DNA of 64,000 nt, from the NCBI GenBank assembly GCA_963763775.1, contig CAVXPZ010000004.1:512001-576000 (forward strand), in the 5' to 3' direction. The DNA is from an uncultured Chloroflexia bacterium (lineage in GTDB: Bacteria; Chloroflexota; Limnocylindria; Limnocylindrales; CSP1-4). This document shows positions 50,218 to 62,808 of this stretch, in pieces (positions within the stretch are counted from its first letter, which is position 1; every line of letters starts with the position of its first letter). Below the pieces are notes generated by a model, which was given only the letters and a program-made list of their open reading frames with translations, had not been told where the DNA came from and ran no database searches. Position numbers and translations under genes: made by a program.

Positions 50218-51643
50218 CTAGAGGTAGGCGAGCGGGTTGACGCGCCGTCCGCCGTTCCAGACCGGGCCGATCCAGACCTCGAAGTGGAGGTGCGGACCCG
50301 TCGCGTTGCCGGATTGGCCGACGCGGCCGACCTGCTGGCCTCGACCCACGCGCTGGCCGCGGCCGACGGTGATCGAGGACATGTGGTTGTAGGTCGTGTA
50401 GAGGTTCGAGCCGTGGGCGATCCACACCTGATACCCGCCGCCGTTGCTCTTCCAGCCGGCGAAGATCACCGTGCCGCCGCCGCCCGCGCGGACCGTGGAG
50501 CCGTAGTCGGCGGCGATGTCGATCGGCGTAGTGACCGTAGTGGTAGTACTGGCTGATGTAGTTGCCGCCGCCGACGACCGGCCACACGAAGTGGCCGCCG
50601 TTGTAGTGCGTCGGAGGCCGGACGGATCGCCCGCCACCGCCACCCGAGGGGCGCGGCCGGCTGACGGCCGGCTTCTTGACCGGCTTGGGCGCCGGGATCG
50701 CCTTGCCCTTCGCGCCCGGCACGATCAGCACCTGCCCGACGACGAGGTTGGGGTCGGTCAGGTTGTTCGTGCTGATGATCCGCGACTTCTTGACCTTGAA
50801 CTTCGCGGCGAGCGAGTCGAGGGTATCGTCCGGGGTGACCGTGACGACGAGCCCGCTGACCGGCGGGATCAGCAGGACCTGGCCGAGATGCAGTTCGTCC
50901 TTGGCCTTGAGGTCGTTGGCCCAGTAGAGCGTCATCATCGAGACGTCGAAGCGTGAGGCGATGCCCGTGAGGGTGTCCCCACCCTTGACGCGGTACTTCT
51001 TGAGGAGGCCCCGCCCGTCCTCGACGGTCGTGTCGACCGCGACCGGCTTGAGCAGCGTGCCGTCGTCGAGGAAGGGCCCGCTGACCCCGGTATCGGAGAC
51101 CGGCGTGTTCGCCGCGAGCAGGAGGGCCACGGTGTCGTCGCCGCTGAGGTCCGCGGAGCGCAGGTCGATCGGGGTGACCCGGCTGAAGAGCGTCACTGGA
51201 ACGGTCGACTCGGCCGGGTAGGTGTCGTCGTAGGCACCGGTCTCGTCGAGGCCGGCGTCGCCGCCGACCGCCAGCCGGGCAGCGTCGCCGCCGCCGGTCG
51301 TCCCGCCGACCGGACCGCCCGGTCCGGAGGGTGCCGCCGCGGAGACGCTCGCGACCGAGGCGCCGAGGATGATGCCCGCCACCGCGAGCGCGACGACCTT
51401 GTCATGGCCGAGACGGCCCATGAGACCGGTGCGATCGAGGCGGGCCGCCTGCTGGATCGTCCGACGACGACCGTGGGCGGGGGCGAGTTGTGCAGCCACG
51501 GCGACCGTCCGAACGCCGCCCTGTACCCGCCTGGCCGCGGCCACGCTGTGGGTCTGGAGCGACGTCGTGGGGTCCGATCCGAGGCTACGGGGCCGACGCA
51601 GCCGTCCGATGACGCGCTGGACGCCGACCGACGCATTCAGCAA
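50218..51643 (-). CDS. LysM x2 plus M23 peptidase (frameshift near 50525)
   Basis: YRVKGGDTLTGIA, DDTLDSLA; IDIAA, YNHMS, GPHLHFEV; start uncertain. Confidence 0.85.
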
Positions 51644-51899
51644 TACGGTCTCCTGGCGTGGGGACGGTCGGTGGCGCGGATGGTGCGCGAGGATGGGTCG
51701 TGGGACCCGACCGTCCTGGGTCGCGGTATCGAGCTGGGGGTCTCTCTTCGCGGCCGCCGCCCGTTTCTCGGGCTACGACATCAGCCCGAACGGTACCACG
51801 GAGGTTGCGAGACTGACAAACCCTCGAAGGTCGCGAAACGGTGTCAGATGGCCCTTGCGTGGTGGCTCCGAGCACCGGTTCCGGCGGTCGCGGCCGTCG

Positions 51900-53315
51900 C
51901 TACGCGTCGAGGCTCTTGGTCAGCGTCGAGAGGAATTGGGCGTTGCTGTCCGTCTTGGCGAGGCGGTTGAGGAGGATCTCGATCCCCTCGTTCGCGCCGA
52001 CGGCGGAGAGCATCCGGCGCATCGTCCAGACCATCTTGAGCGTGCCCTCCTCCAGGAGGAGCTCCTCGCGACGGGTGCCGGACCGCTGGACGTCGATCGA
52101 CGGGAAGATGCGCTTCTCGGCGAGCTTGCGGTCGAGGATGAGCTCCGAGTTGCCGGTGCCCTTGAACTCCTCGTAGATGACGTCGTCCATCCGCGAGCCG
52201 GTGTCGACGAGGCAGGTCCCGATGATCGTCAGCGAGCCGCCTTCTTCGATGTTCCGCGCGGCACCGAAGAAGCGCTTCGGCGGGTACAGGGCGATCGGGT
52301 CGAGGCCGCCCGACAGCGTCCGGCCCGACGGCGGGAGGGCGAGGTTGTAGGCGCGCGCGAGGCGGGTGATCGAGTCGAGCAGGATCACGACGTCGCGGCC
52401 GGTCTCGACCTGGCGCTTGGCGATCTCGAGGGCCATCTCGGCGACGTGCGTGTGGTTCTCGGTCGGCTCGTCGAACGTGGAGCTGATGACCTCGCCCTTG
52501 ACGCTGCGGCGCATGTCCGTGACTTCCTCGGGCCGCTCGCCGATGAGCGCGACCATGAGGAGGATCTCCGGGTAGTTGGCGCTGACGCCGTTGGCGATCT
52601 GCTTGAGCAGCATCGTCTTGCCGGCCTTCGGCGGGCTGACGATGAGGGCGCGCTGGCCCTTGCCGATGGGGTTGACGAGGTTGATCAGCCGCTGGCTGAG
52701 GTTCTTCGGGTCCGTCTCGAGGTTGATCAGGACGTCCGGGTGGACCGGGGTCAGGTCGCCGAAGACGGGGCGGCGGCGGGCGGTCTCCGTGTCGACACCG
52801 TTGACGGCATCGACGCGCAGCATCCCCCAGTACTTCTCGCCTTCGCGCGGGGCGCGGACGGCCCCGGAGACGCGGTCGCCGATGCGGAGGCCGAAGCGGC
52901 GGACCTGGCTCGAGCTGACGTACACGTCCTCGGGGCTGGGCAGCAGGCCGTGACGGCGCATGAACCCGAAGCCCTCGTCGACGATGTCGAGGATGCCGCT
53001 CGCGTAGGAGTGGCCGGCGCGCTCGGTCTGGGCCTGGAGGATCTGGTCGACGAGGACGTCCTTGCGCTCGCCGGCGCAGGCGTCGAGCTCGAGCTCGCGG
53101 GAGACCTGGCGGAGCTCGGCGACGCTCATCTCGCGGAGGTCGCCGACCTCAAGGTCGTTGCGCTCGCGAGCGGCTTCGAGTTCCTGCTGCTCCTCGAACT
53201 CGGAGACGGGGGCACGTCCGCCACCGCCGACGGGGTTGCGGCGGCGGGGTCGTCGGTTGCGGGAGCGCGCGTCGCGCTGGTCTGGGCCTGGTCCGGGCAT
53301 CTGGGTAGGGGTCAC
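51900..53315 (-). CDS. rho: Transcription termination factor Rho
   Basis: GFGF, PIGKGQR, PPKAGKT, ERPEEVT, LLDSITRLARAYN, SGTRREELL. Confidence 0.97.
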   Translation of the reverse strand: MTPTQMPGPGPDQRDARSRNRRPRRRNPVGGGGRAPVSEFEEQQELEAARERNDLEVGDLREMSVAELRQVSRELELDACAGERKDVLVDQILQAQTERAGHSYASGILDIVDEGFGFMRRHGLLPSPEDVYVSSSQVRRFGLRIGDRVSGAVRAPREGEKYWGMLRVDAVNGVDTETARRRPVFGDLTPVHPDVLINLETDPKNLSQRLINLVNPIGKGQRALIVSPPKAGKTMLLKQIANGVSANYPEILLMVALIGERPEEVTDMRRSVKGEVISSTFDEPTENHTHVAEMALEIAKRQVETGRDVVILLDSITRLARAYNLALPPSGRTLSGGLDPIALYPPKRFFGAARNIEEGGSLTIIGTCLVDTGSRMDDVIYEEFKGTGNSELILDRKLAEKRIFPSIDVQRSGTRREELLLEEGTLKMVWTMRRMLSAVGANEGIEILLNRLAKTDSNAQFLSTLTKSLDA

Positions 53316-53470
53316 CTGTGGAAAGGGGCCGGCCGGCCCACGGATGGACCGGTGGTTGCGTGGGGGTCCGAGCGGGCGGTGCGCGCGAATCGAGTCGCAG
53401 CGTCGGTGCCGGTCGGGGTACTTGGAGCATAGACGTGCCGCGGCGGCACGTCAACGGGTGTCGTGAGAGT

Positions 53471-53494
53471 GGCGACGCGAGGATCCGCGTCGCC
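53471..53494 (-). terminator. Hairpin after the transaldolase gene
   Basis: GGCGACGCG-aggatc-CGCGTCGCC. Confidence 0.5.
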
Positions 53495-53518
53495 CGGGAC
53501 CGTCGGGGCGGCCCGCCG

Positions 53519-54181
53519 TCAGGACTTGGCGGCTGCCGCCTCCCGTGCCGCGGCCCAGTCCGCCTTGAACTGGACGATGCCCTTGTCGGTGAGCGGGTGG
53601 TGGACCATCTGCTGGAGCACCTTGAACGGCACGGTCGCGACGTGCGCGCCGGCGAGCGCGGCCTGCGTCATGTGCAGCGGGTTGCGGATCGAGGCCGCGA
53701 GGACCTCGGTGTCCAGTTCGTGGATCGCAACGATCTCCGCGAGCTCGCGGATGACGATCATCCCGTCCTGGTTGATGTCGTCGAGCCGCCCGACGAACGG
53801 CGAGAGGAGGCTCGCCCCCGCCTTCGCCGCCAGCAGGCCCTGGTTCGCGGTGAAGATGAGCGTGCAGTTGGTCTTGATGCCTTCCTCGGCGAACCGGTTG
53901 ATCGCCTCGAGGCCGTTCTCGCTCATCGCGACCTTGACCACGATGTTCGGCGCGAGCGTCGCGAAGTGGCGACCCTCGGTCAGCATCCCCTCGACGTCGT
54001 CGGCGATCACCTCGGCCGAGACCGGGCCCGAGGTGATCTTGCAGATCTCCTTGAGGATGTCGTCGTACGAGCCGCCGACCTTGGCGTACAGGGTCGGGTT
54101 GGTCGTGACGCCGTCGAGCACGCCCCAGCGGGCGGCGGTCCGGATCTCCTCGATGTCGGCGGTGTCCAGGAAGATCTTCAT
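53519..54181 (-). CDS. fsa: Transaldolase / fructose-6-phosphate aldolase family
   Basis: IFLDTA, GVTTNP, SPFVGRLDD, LAASIR, HPLTDKG. Confidence 0.93.
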   Translation of the reverse strand: MKIFLDTADIEEIRTAARWGVLDGVTTNPTLYAKVGGSYDDILKEICKITSGPVSAEVIADDVEGMLTEGRHFATLAPNIVVKVAMSENGLEAINRFAEEGIKTNCTLIFTANQGLLAAKAGASLLSPFVGRLDDINQDGMIVIRELAEIVAIHELDTEVLAASIRNPLHMTQAALAGAHVATVPFKVLQQMVHHPLTDKGIVQFKADWAAAREAAAAKS

Positions 54182-54258
54182 GCGGGCAGGCTCCGTGATG
54201 GCGGGTGAGCGAGGGCCGGGCGGCGTCCGCGGATTCTACGCCGGTCGCGGGCGAGCCC

Positions 54259-54927
54259 TCAGAACCGGTCCGCGAGCGCTCGGAGGAGCGCGACGACCGG
54301 GCCGATGGCCAGGGCGGCGGCGGCGGCAAGGGCGACCGTCGCCACGTAGCCGCGGAGGCGTTCGCCGCGGCGGAGCAGCAGCCACGGCAGTGCGAGGCCG
54401 ATCACCACCTCACCGGCGAGCAGGAGCGCGCCCGGGTCCGTGCCCAGCTGGTCGATGTGGACCCAGCGCGATGCCCCGAAGACCACGCCCTCGCCGATGA
54501 AGGCCGCGGCCAGGAGCCCGACCCCGATCGCCCGCGGCCATCCGTGACCGTACCGCCAGACGGCGCCGGCACCGCCCATCACGGGACCGGCCAGCAGCGC
54601 CACGGCGCCCCAGACCGTGGCGGCGTGCGACGCACCGATCGCCCGGAACCCCTGGCCGAAGATCGCGATGAGCGCGTAGTAGGCGGCGACGGCACTCAGC
54701 AGACCGACGAGGCCGCGGAGCGCCCCGGTCGGGATCGTGCGGGCCGAGGCGCCGAGCCAGAACGCCACGGCCAGCCATGCGGCGATCAGGTTCGCGGGGA
54801 TCAGGAGGCTGTAGGGCCACGCGAGCTGGTCCGACACCCAGGACGCCACGCCGAGCGTCGCGCCGCCGGCGATGGAGACGCCGAACCCGCTGACGCCTCG
54901 GGCGACGACGCTGCGGACGCTGGCCAT
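54259..54927 (-). CDS. Membrane protein (DUF6518-like)
   Basis: ANLIAAWLAVAF, AYY, WGAVALLAGPVMGGAGAVWR. Confidence 0.65.
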   Translation of the reverse strand: MASVRSVVARGVSGFGVSIAGGATLGVASWVSDQLAWPYSLLIPANLIAAWLAVAFWLGASARTIPTGALRGLVGLLSAVAAYYALIAIFGQGFRAIGASHAATVWGAVALLAGPVMGGAGAVWRYGHGWPRAIGVGLLAAAFIGEGVVFGASRWVHIDQLGTDPGALLLAGEVVIGLALPWLLLRRGERLRGYVATVALAAAAALAIGPVVALLRALADRF

Positions 54928-54943
54928 CCGACCGCGCCGGCGG

Positions 54944-55618
54944 TCAGGGCAACCGGGCGGCGGCAGCCTTGCCCAGGGCGACCGTCTTCGACTTGATCTG
55001 GTCCGGGGGGACGATGGTGTCGAGCAACTGGATCCCCAGCAGGCTGTCACCGTTCCGGATCAACAGGGTATGGACGCTGGGCACCCAGATCGCGGCGTCG
55101 GCGATCCCGGCGACGGACTGGCTCTCGCCCTTGTAGGCGTCGAGCGCCTTGGCCGCGCCGGACACGAGGTACGTGGTCTTCGCCACCACACGGTCGCCGG
55201 CGAGGTACGAGCAGGAACCGGCGGCCCGGTCGCCGGCGTTCGCTCGACGGGTCAGCGCTCCGACCCCCATCACGTCACCGACCTGGCCGACGCTCAACAG
55301 GTCGCACAGCATGGCGCTGACAGACCCACCGGCGGTGGCGCTCGGCTTGGGCGTCGCGGTCGGGACCGGCGTGGCCTCTCGGGGTCGGGGTCGGCGCGCT
55401 GGCGTCGGCGATGCCGACGGGATCTGGGACGGCGCGGAGGCCGAGCCGGACGGCGCCGGACTCGACGGGATCGCGCCCGACTCGCCCGGGCTCGGACTGG
55501 CGCCGACGTCACTCGGGCTCGGCGTCGCCGTCGACGTCGTCGGACCGCAGGCGGACATCGCCATCGCCAGGGCCAGGCTGGCTCCGAGGATCAGGATCGC
55601 GGGGCTGAGGCGTCGCAT
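54944..55618 (-). CDS. Hypothetical lipoprotein
   Basis: Lipobox MSAC; Ser/Pro linker; CDLL...C domain. Confidence 0.7.
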   Translation of the reverse strand: MRRLSPAILILGASLALAMAMSACGPTTSTATPSPSDVGASPSPGESGAIPSSPAPSGSASAPSQIPSASPTPARRPRPREATPVPTATPKPSATAGGSVSAMLCDLLSVGQVGDVMGVGALTRRANAGDRAAGSCSYLAGDRVVAKTTYLVSGAAKALDAYKGESQSVAGIADAAIWVPSVHTLLIRNGDSLLGIQLLDTIVPPDQIKSKTVALGKAAAARLP

Positions 55619-55657
55619 CGTCGTCGTCCGGGTCGCACGGCCGAACGGACGGTCAGG

Positions 55658-57386
<1,729 letters not shown>

Positions 57387-57634
57387 TCAGGTCCTCCGGG
57401 GGTTTTTCTGATGCTATCGGAAAAGCGCCCCGGATGCGAATCGGGGCACCGTCGGGGACGGTTCCAAGCCTGCCCCGATCGGCGTCCTCGGCCCGCCCGG
57501 TACCACCAGTGCCCGATCGCCCAGATCCACGCTCGGTCAGCTCGAGAAGCGACCGATCGGCGTCGCTTTGCGATAGGTCCGCGAGGAACCTGTCCGCAGA
57601 ACGGGTACTGCTGCTACCGCCGCCGCCTCCGATG

Positions 57635-58954
57635 CTAGGGCGCGTCCAGGCCCTTGAGGGCAGCGTCCCTCACTGGGTCGCGCCCCGCGAAGAAGTCGGA
57701 CGAGCTGAGCGCCATCGGGACGTCCGGCGGGATCTCGGGGCGCAGGTCGCCGTTGTGGCTCATGTCGCCCGGAACGTTGACGACGACGGCCGGGTGCGTC
57801 AGCGGGATGGGGACGCAGTCGCATCGGAAGTTGTCGGCGCGCGCCGGCGTCGGTTCGCCGACCAGCAACGCGTGGGTGTGCACGTCGAACTCGTAGTCGA
57901 ACAGCGTCGCGACCGAGACGTTCTCGCGACCCATGAGCACGGTGAGACCACCATCGCGGTTTACGCGCGGGTCGTTCTTCAGGACGTCGAACAGCCCGAA
58001 GTCGCCGCTGCCGCCGCGGAGGTACCGGATGTCGAGGACGACCCGGTCGGCCTTGCCGGAGTCGAGCGCCTCCTGCAACGCGGTGGCTGCCAAGGTCATA
58101 TCACCGTAGTCGTTCACCGAGATCAGGAACACCTTGCGCTTCTCGTCGAGGCGGTACCAGACTCGCTCGCCGCGTCGTGCGACGGCCTCCGGGGCGTCGC
58201 CGACGAGGTCGCCGAGGATCTTGAATTCCTCCTCCCAGGTCGGCTCATCGACGGCCGGGAAGTCGACCGTGACGCGGGTGCCCTCTGGGCGCTCCACGAC
58301 GTAGCCCGGCTTGCCAGGGTCCTGGACGATGCCGGCGCCGTGCAGGTACTCCACATTCGAGAAGGCGCCCTCGACACCGTCCAGGAACCCCATCTCGTTG
58401 TCGTGCGGGATGAGTGGCCGGAGCGTTGCCTCGACGTCGTCGACTAGGTGGCCGTCGATCGAGATCAGGCGCGATCCGATGAGCGACGGGTCCTTCGCCG
58501 CGATGGTGAACCATCCGTCGGAGAACCGGTAGAAGAGGACTTCGTACTGATGGGCGCCGCCCGTCAATACGATCCAGCTGTGGGTGTCGAGTAGGCCGAC
58601 GAGACTCGCGACGAGGGCGAACTGCGCATCCGGATCAGCGTCGGCGAGTTTCGGAGCGATCTCGGCCAGCTTGGCGATCCACTCGGCCTCCGAGTGGACC
58701 GTGAAGGGCGACACATGACTGGCTCGAACCTGCGTATCCAGGAACTTGAGGCTGGCGGCCCACGGGTCCGCCGAGGGCGGCGCTGACGCGCTGGCTGCGG
58801 AGGCGGCAGGGGCTGGGGACCCGGTGGAGGGAACGGCCGATGTCGAGGATGGGGCGGGCGGCGGCGCCGAGCAGCCGACGACCAGACCGAGGGCGATCGC
58901 CACGACGGTCGCGTGGGTGATCCGACCCGCCCGACCAAGGTCGCCTCGCATCAT
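57635..58954 (-). CDS. S41-peptidase-like lipoprotein
   Basis: Lipobox VVGC; LLDTHS, VLDIRYLRGG, VLMGRENVSVA, VGEPT, IPPDV. Confidence 0.6.
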   Translation of the reverse strand: MMRGDLGRAGRITHATVVAIALGLVVGCSAPPPAPSSTSAVPSTGSPAPAASAASASAPPSADPWAASLKFLDTQVRASHVSPFTVHSEAEWIAKLAEIAPKLADADPDAQFALVASLVGLLDTHSWIVLTGGAHQYEVLFYRFSDGWFTIAAKDPSLIGSRLISIDGHLVDDVEATLRPLIPHDNEMGFLDGVEGAFSNVEYLHGAGIVQDPGKPGYVVERPEGTRVTVDFPAVDEPTWEEEFKILGDLVGDAPEAVARRGERVWYRLDEKRKVFLISVNDYGDMTLAATALQEALDSGKADRVVLDIRYLRGGSGDFGLFDVLKNDPRVNRDGGLTVLMGRENVSVATLFDYEFDVHTHALLVGEPTPARADNFRCDCVPIPLTHPAVVVNVPGDMSHNGDLRPEIPPDVPMALSSSDFFAGRDPVRDAALKGLDAP

Positions 58955-60076
58955 GGCGGCGTGACCCCCCAGGCGAAGTGGTTGAGCTCGACGCCGGCCG
59001 ACTGGGCCAGCACGACGACATCGGAGCCATCGGCGTTCATCAGGCACAGGGCGCCATCGCAACCGAAGACGATCCTGGACCCATCGGGCGAGTATGCGGG
59101 CTTGAAGCCCGTGTGCTCGGCGTCACCGTAGAGCGTCGTGGGCGGCGCGGCGGGGTCGTTCGCGGGCACCGTCTGGATGAGCTCCAGGTACGTCCCGCTG
59201 GAGTCGTTGTTCGTGTTGTAGACGATCGAGCGTTCGTCTCGCGTCCAGTCGGCGTGCTCGATGTCGCCAGCGTTGGTGGTCGTGACGCGTCGCTCGGCGC
59301 CGGTGGCAAGATCACGGATCGTCAACACATCGAGCTGCGACGAAGCATCCCAGCGGTCGAAGACCACCTCTTTGCCATCGGGCGACAGGCGGGCCTCGGA
59401 GTCGAAGGCGTCGGGATCGCCGATGAGCCGCGGATCCGAGCCGTCGGCGTTCATCCGCCAGAGCGTCTGGCGGAAGCCCGTCATCCTCGACGCAGGTGGG
59501 GATGTCGCACGGCGTCGGGGAGTAGGCGTAGACGAGCCACGAGTCGTCCGGCGCCCAATCGGGCATCGAGGCCCAGCCGGAGGTCGACGTGAGGATGCGC
59601 ATGTCGCTGCCGTCGATGGCGCTCGTCGCGACCTGCCACGTCCGATCGCTCATGAAGATGGAGAACGCCAGGCGCGTCCCATCATGTGAGATGCGCGGCC
59701 GTTCTACTTCGCAGCCCAGGATCCGGCTGAGGTCGGAGCCGTCCGGGTCCACGGCGAAGAGCGGATCGACGACTTGTGAGTAAGCGTCCGAGCGGCTGAC
59801 CTGGCCGAACACGATCCGCCCAGCCGGGTCCGGGCCGTCCTTCACGCTGTGTGCCGCCTCGACCCACGGCGGCTTCAGGTCGGGGCACACCGGCGTCCGA
59901 GCCGCCGCGCTGGCCGAGGGCTCGGATGCGGGCGCTGCCGAGCCGGGCGGGTTCGATGGCGTCGCCGTCGTCGCAGGTGCCGCGGGGACGGCCTCGGGGC
60001 TTGCCGGCGAACCCGCACAGGCGATGACCAGGACCGCCGCGAGGGCAAGGCTCGACGGGCGCAACGTGATGACCAT
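58951..60076 (-). CDS. TolB-like beta-propeller lipoprotein (frameshift near 59480)
   Basis: Lipobox VIAC; PD40-like repeats SHDGTRLAF, WAPDDS, SPDGKEVVF, SPDGSRIVF; MNADGSD. Confidence 0.8.
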
Positions 60077-60084
60077 GTCCGCCC

Positions 60085-61476
60085 CTAGTCGTGGAACGCC
60101 GCGGACGCCGGGTCGAGGATGACCGAGGGAAGGGTCCGGCCGTCGGACGACCAGCCACCCGTGAACAGCACGCGACCGTCCGGCAGGACGGTCACCGTCC
60201 GGCCCACCCAGGGCCATGGTGTGTCGGCGGTCATGAAGGCCTCCGTCGACGGGTCGAAGATCGCGATCGTGTGGCTCGTCGGCTGACCGGCCCACGCCGT
60301 CGTGTCGGTCCCGAACAGGACGCGCCCATCGGGCAGGAGGACGCCCTCACCGGGTGGGTCGAACGGGGCGTCGAGGACCCGGAAATCGCCCGTCGCGGGA
60401 TCGAAGATCTCCGCATGATCGCCGGAGCCTCGCGTCACGGGCCCGGTGACCAGGACCCGTCCGTCGGCGAGGACGACCGCCGAGGCGGTATTCGCGGCGG
60501 ACCGCGGCTCGGTCGGCGCGAACGTATCGGTCGCCGGGTCGTACAGTGCGGCGCCGTTCACGCAAACGACCAGGACCCGACCGTCTCGCAGCGTCGCCAA
60601 CGCGCCGCGGCTCGCGTCGCACGGGATGCTCGGCGTCTGGCTGAAGGTGCCGGTCACCGGGTCGTAGAGGTCACCGGGCGGATCCGTGACGGTCCCCTGC
60701 GGTCCGTCGACCCGACCGCCGACGACGAGGACGCCACCGTCGATAAGGGCTGTCGCGGCCGGCCGAACGAGGACGACGAAGTTCACGCCGCAGTGACACC
60801 ACCCTCGCGCCTGGCGAAGCGAACCGGTCTCGCTGAAGGCCCCGGTCACCGGGTCGTACAGCTCGGCGGAGGCCTGCGCCGTCTCGAAGCCGCCGCCGGC
60901 GACGAGGACTCGGCCATCGCGCAGGGTCGTCATCGTCGAGAGGTCATGAGTGGTCGCCGGGGTTCCTGTCGCGGTGAAGGCACCGGTCTTCGGGTCGAAG
61001 AGCTCGGCGGCTGCGGCAAGTCCGCTCTCCGTGACCCCACCGACCAGCAGCACCTTTCCGCCGGGCAGGACCGCAGACTGTTGGCCGGATCCAGCTTGCG
61101 CAGGCCCATCGACCTCGACCCACGGCTGCCCGACGACGGGGAGCGCGCCGAAGGTGGGGACCGCGACGGAGGACTCACCCCGAATCACCGGCAAGGGTGC
61201 GACCGTCGATCGCAGGATCCGGCTCCCCACGAGGAGTGCGGTGGCCGCGACGGCGACCACAAGGATCGCGATGACTACCGGGCGGATCAGTGGCGGCCAC
61301 GGCTTCGAAGAGGAAGGGTGAGCGCCGATGCCGTTGCGCGCCAGGAGCCGCGGGCGCTGCGCGACCCCCTCAGCCCTGCCCATGGCACCGTCGACGAGCC
61401 CAGCCGGCTGACGCGCCGGCGCTGTCTCGTCCATCCAGGCACGGAGGCGGATCTGGAGATCGTTCGAGTCGGTCAT
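60085..61476 (-). CDS. Putative membrane anti-sigma factor with extracytoplasmic Kelch propeller
   Basis: Short N-terminal domain, single TM, repeats of L.DGRVLVAGG...AELYDP.TG.F; ATGA overlap with the sigma gene. Confidence 0.75.
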   Translation of the reverse strand: MTDSNDLQIRLRAWMDETAPARQPAGLVDGAMGRAEGVAQRPRLLARNGIGAHPSSSKPWPPLIRPVVIAILVVAVAATALLVGSRILRSTVAPLPVIRGESSVAVPTFGALPVVGQPWVEVDGPAQAGSGQQSAVLPGGKVLLVGGVTESGLAAAAELFDPKTGAFTATGTPATTHDLSTMTTLRDGRVLVAGGGFETAQASAELYDPVTGAFSETGSLRQARGWCHCGVNFVVLVRPAATALIDGGVLVVGGRVDGPQGTVTDPPGDLYDPVTGTFSQTPSIPCDASRGALATLRDGRVLVVCVNGAALYDPATDTFAPTEPRSAANTASAVVLADGRVLVTGPVTRGSGDHAEIFDPATGDFRVLDAPFDPPGEGVLLPDGRVLFGTDTTAWAGQPTSHTIAIFDPSTEAFMTADTPWPWVGRTVTVLPDGRVLFTGGWSSDGRTLPSVILDPASAAFHD

Positions 61477-62030
61477 GCCGTCTGTCCATCTGCAAGGCGG
61501 ATCGGCCGTTGGTCCGCGTCCAAGGCCGCCCGGAGTGCGGCGATCGATCGGTTGAGGCGTGACTTCGTCGTCCCCAGCGGGATGCCGAGGGCAGCCGAGA
61601 CGTCCACGAGGGACAGGTCGGCGTAGTAGACGAGAGCAAGGATCGTCCGCTGGTCGTCCGTGAGTCGGCGGAAGGCGCGTTCCATCTCGTCACGATCGGC
61701 CAGCGCGCCAACGGCGTCGCCGGTCGCGGCGCCTTCGATCGCCGGCATGGAGATCTCGGTGACCCGACGTCGCTGGTCGCGGCGCGCGGTTCGATAGCAG
61801 GAGCGGACGAGCAGGCGATGCAGCCACGCATCGAGGCGGTCCGGGTCGCGCAGGCCGCGGATGTCACGCCACGCGTCGACGAGTGCGTCCTGCACCGCGT
61901 CCTCGGCCCGGTCCGGGTGGCGCAGGATCAGTCGTGCGGTCGCGTACAGCCGGGGGGCGGCGCCGTCGGCCAAGGCCGAGAAGGCGTCCCGATCGCCACG
62001 CTGCGCTCTCGCCACGAGCTCTGCCTGCAT
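61473..62030 (-). CDS. ECF RNA polymerase sigma factor
   Basis: AEDAVQDAL, AWLHRL, LGIPLGTTKSRL. Confidence 0.93.
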   Translation of the reverse strand: MQAELVARAQRGDRDAFSALADGAAPRLYATARLILRHPDRAEDAVQDALVDAWRDIRGLRDPDRLDAWLHRLLVRSCYRTARRDQRRRVTEISMPAIEGAATGDAVGALADRDEMERAFRRLTDDQRTILALVYYADLSLVDVSAALGIPLGTTKSRLNRSIAALRAALDADQRPIRLADGQTA

Positions 62031-62183
62031 CGCCGCTCCCAGGTTGGCTCCGCTCCATGCGGACGCTACATCGGACAAGGGGTGGCTGATGACCGTCGAG
62101 GTTCCATCTTGCGTTGTGGCACGCCGTCATCGCGACCGTGAGGTCAGACTCTGGGGAGTTGTCATCCCCATCGGAGGAGTCCC

Positions 62184-62771
62184 GTGGAATTCCGCGACGT
62201 CGTCATGAAGCGCCGGGCGGTGCGCCGGTTCGAGGAGGGTGGCGTGGAGCGCGACGTCATCGAGCGGATCGCGCGGCTGGCCCAGCGAACGCCGTCGGCC
62301 GGGTTCAGTCAGGGCCAGCGGCTGATCGTGGTGACGGACCCGGACGCTCGACGCGAGGTCGCCACGATCTGCGGCGAGGATTGGTACAAGGACGAGTTCG
62401 GGCCGTGGGTGAGCGAGTGCGCCGCGCAGTTCATCCCGTGCGTCAGCGAGGCGATCTACCACCGCCGGTACCAGGAGGCCGACAAGGTCGACGACGACGG
62501 CAACGAGATCGAGTGGCCGGTCCCCTACTGGTGGGTCGACATCGGCGCGACCATGCAGAACATCATGCTGGCCGCGGTCGACGAGGGCCTCGGCTGCGGG
62601 TTCATCGGGCCGGACATCGACGGGCTGCGGGCCTACCTCGGCATCCCCGACGAGTTCGTCCCGATCGGGGTGATGCCCGTTGGCCGCCCGCTCCCCGACG
62701 TGCGGTCACCCAGCCTGAAGCGCGGCTGGGTCCCGTTCGACGAATTCGCGCGGTGGGACCGCTGGGGCTAG
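62184..62771 (+). CDS. Nitroreductase family protein
   Basis: RRAVRRF, RTPSAGFSQ, QNIMLAAVDEGLG. Confidence 0.9.
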   Translation: MEFRDVVMKRRAVRRFEEGGVERDVIERIARLAQRTPSAGFSQGQRLIVVTDPDARREVATICGEDWYKDEFGPWVSECAAQFIPCVSEAIYHRRYQEADKVDDDGNEIEWPVPYWWVDIGATMQNIMLAAVDEGLGCGFIGPDIDGLRAYLGIPDEFVPIGVMPVGRPLPDVRSPSLKRGWVPFDEFARWDRWG

Positions 62772-62808
62772 GTGTCTGGCGCCCAAAGCGGATGAGCGCC
62801 GGACGATG

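Noticed and set aside
51650-51890. Riboswitch upstream of the LysM/M23 gene
   Set aside because: Only a promoter-like element and a short hairpin are visible. I could not match c-di-AMP or c-di-GMP consensus features by eye; an Rfam scan would settle it.
57475-57564. 12-bp direct repeat CCGATCGGCGTC upstream of pyrG
   Set aside because: It is short and GC-rich, encloses no gene, and has no matching copy at the far side of the ECF module.
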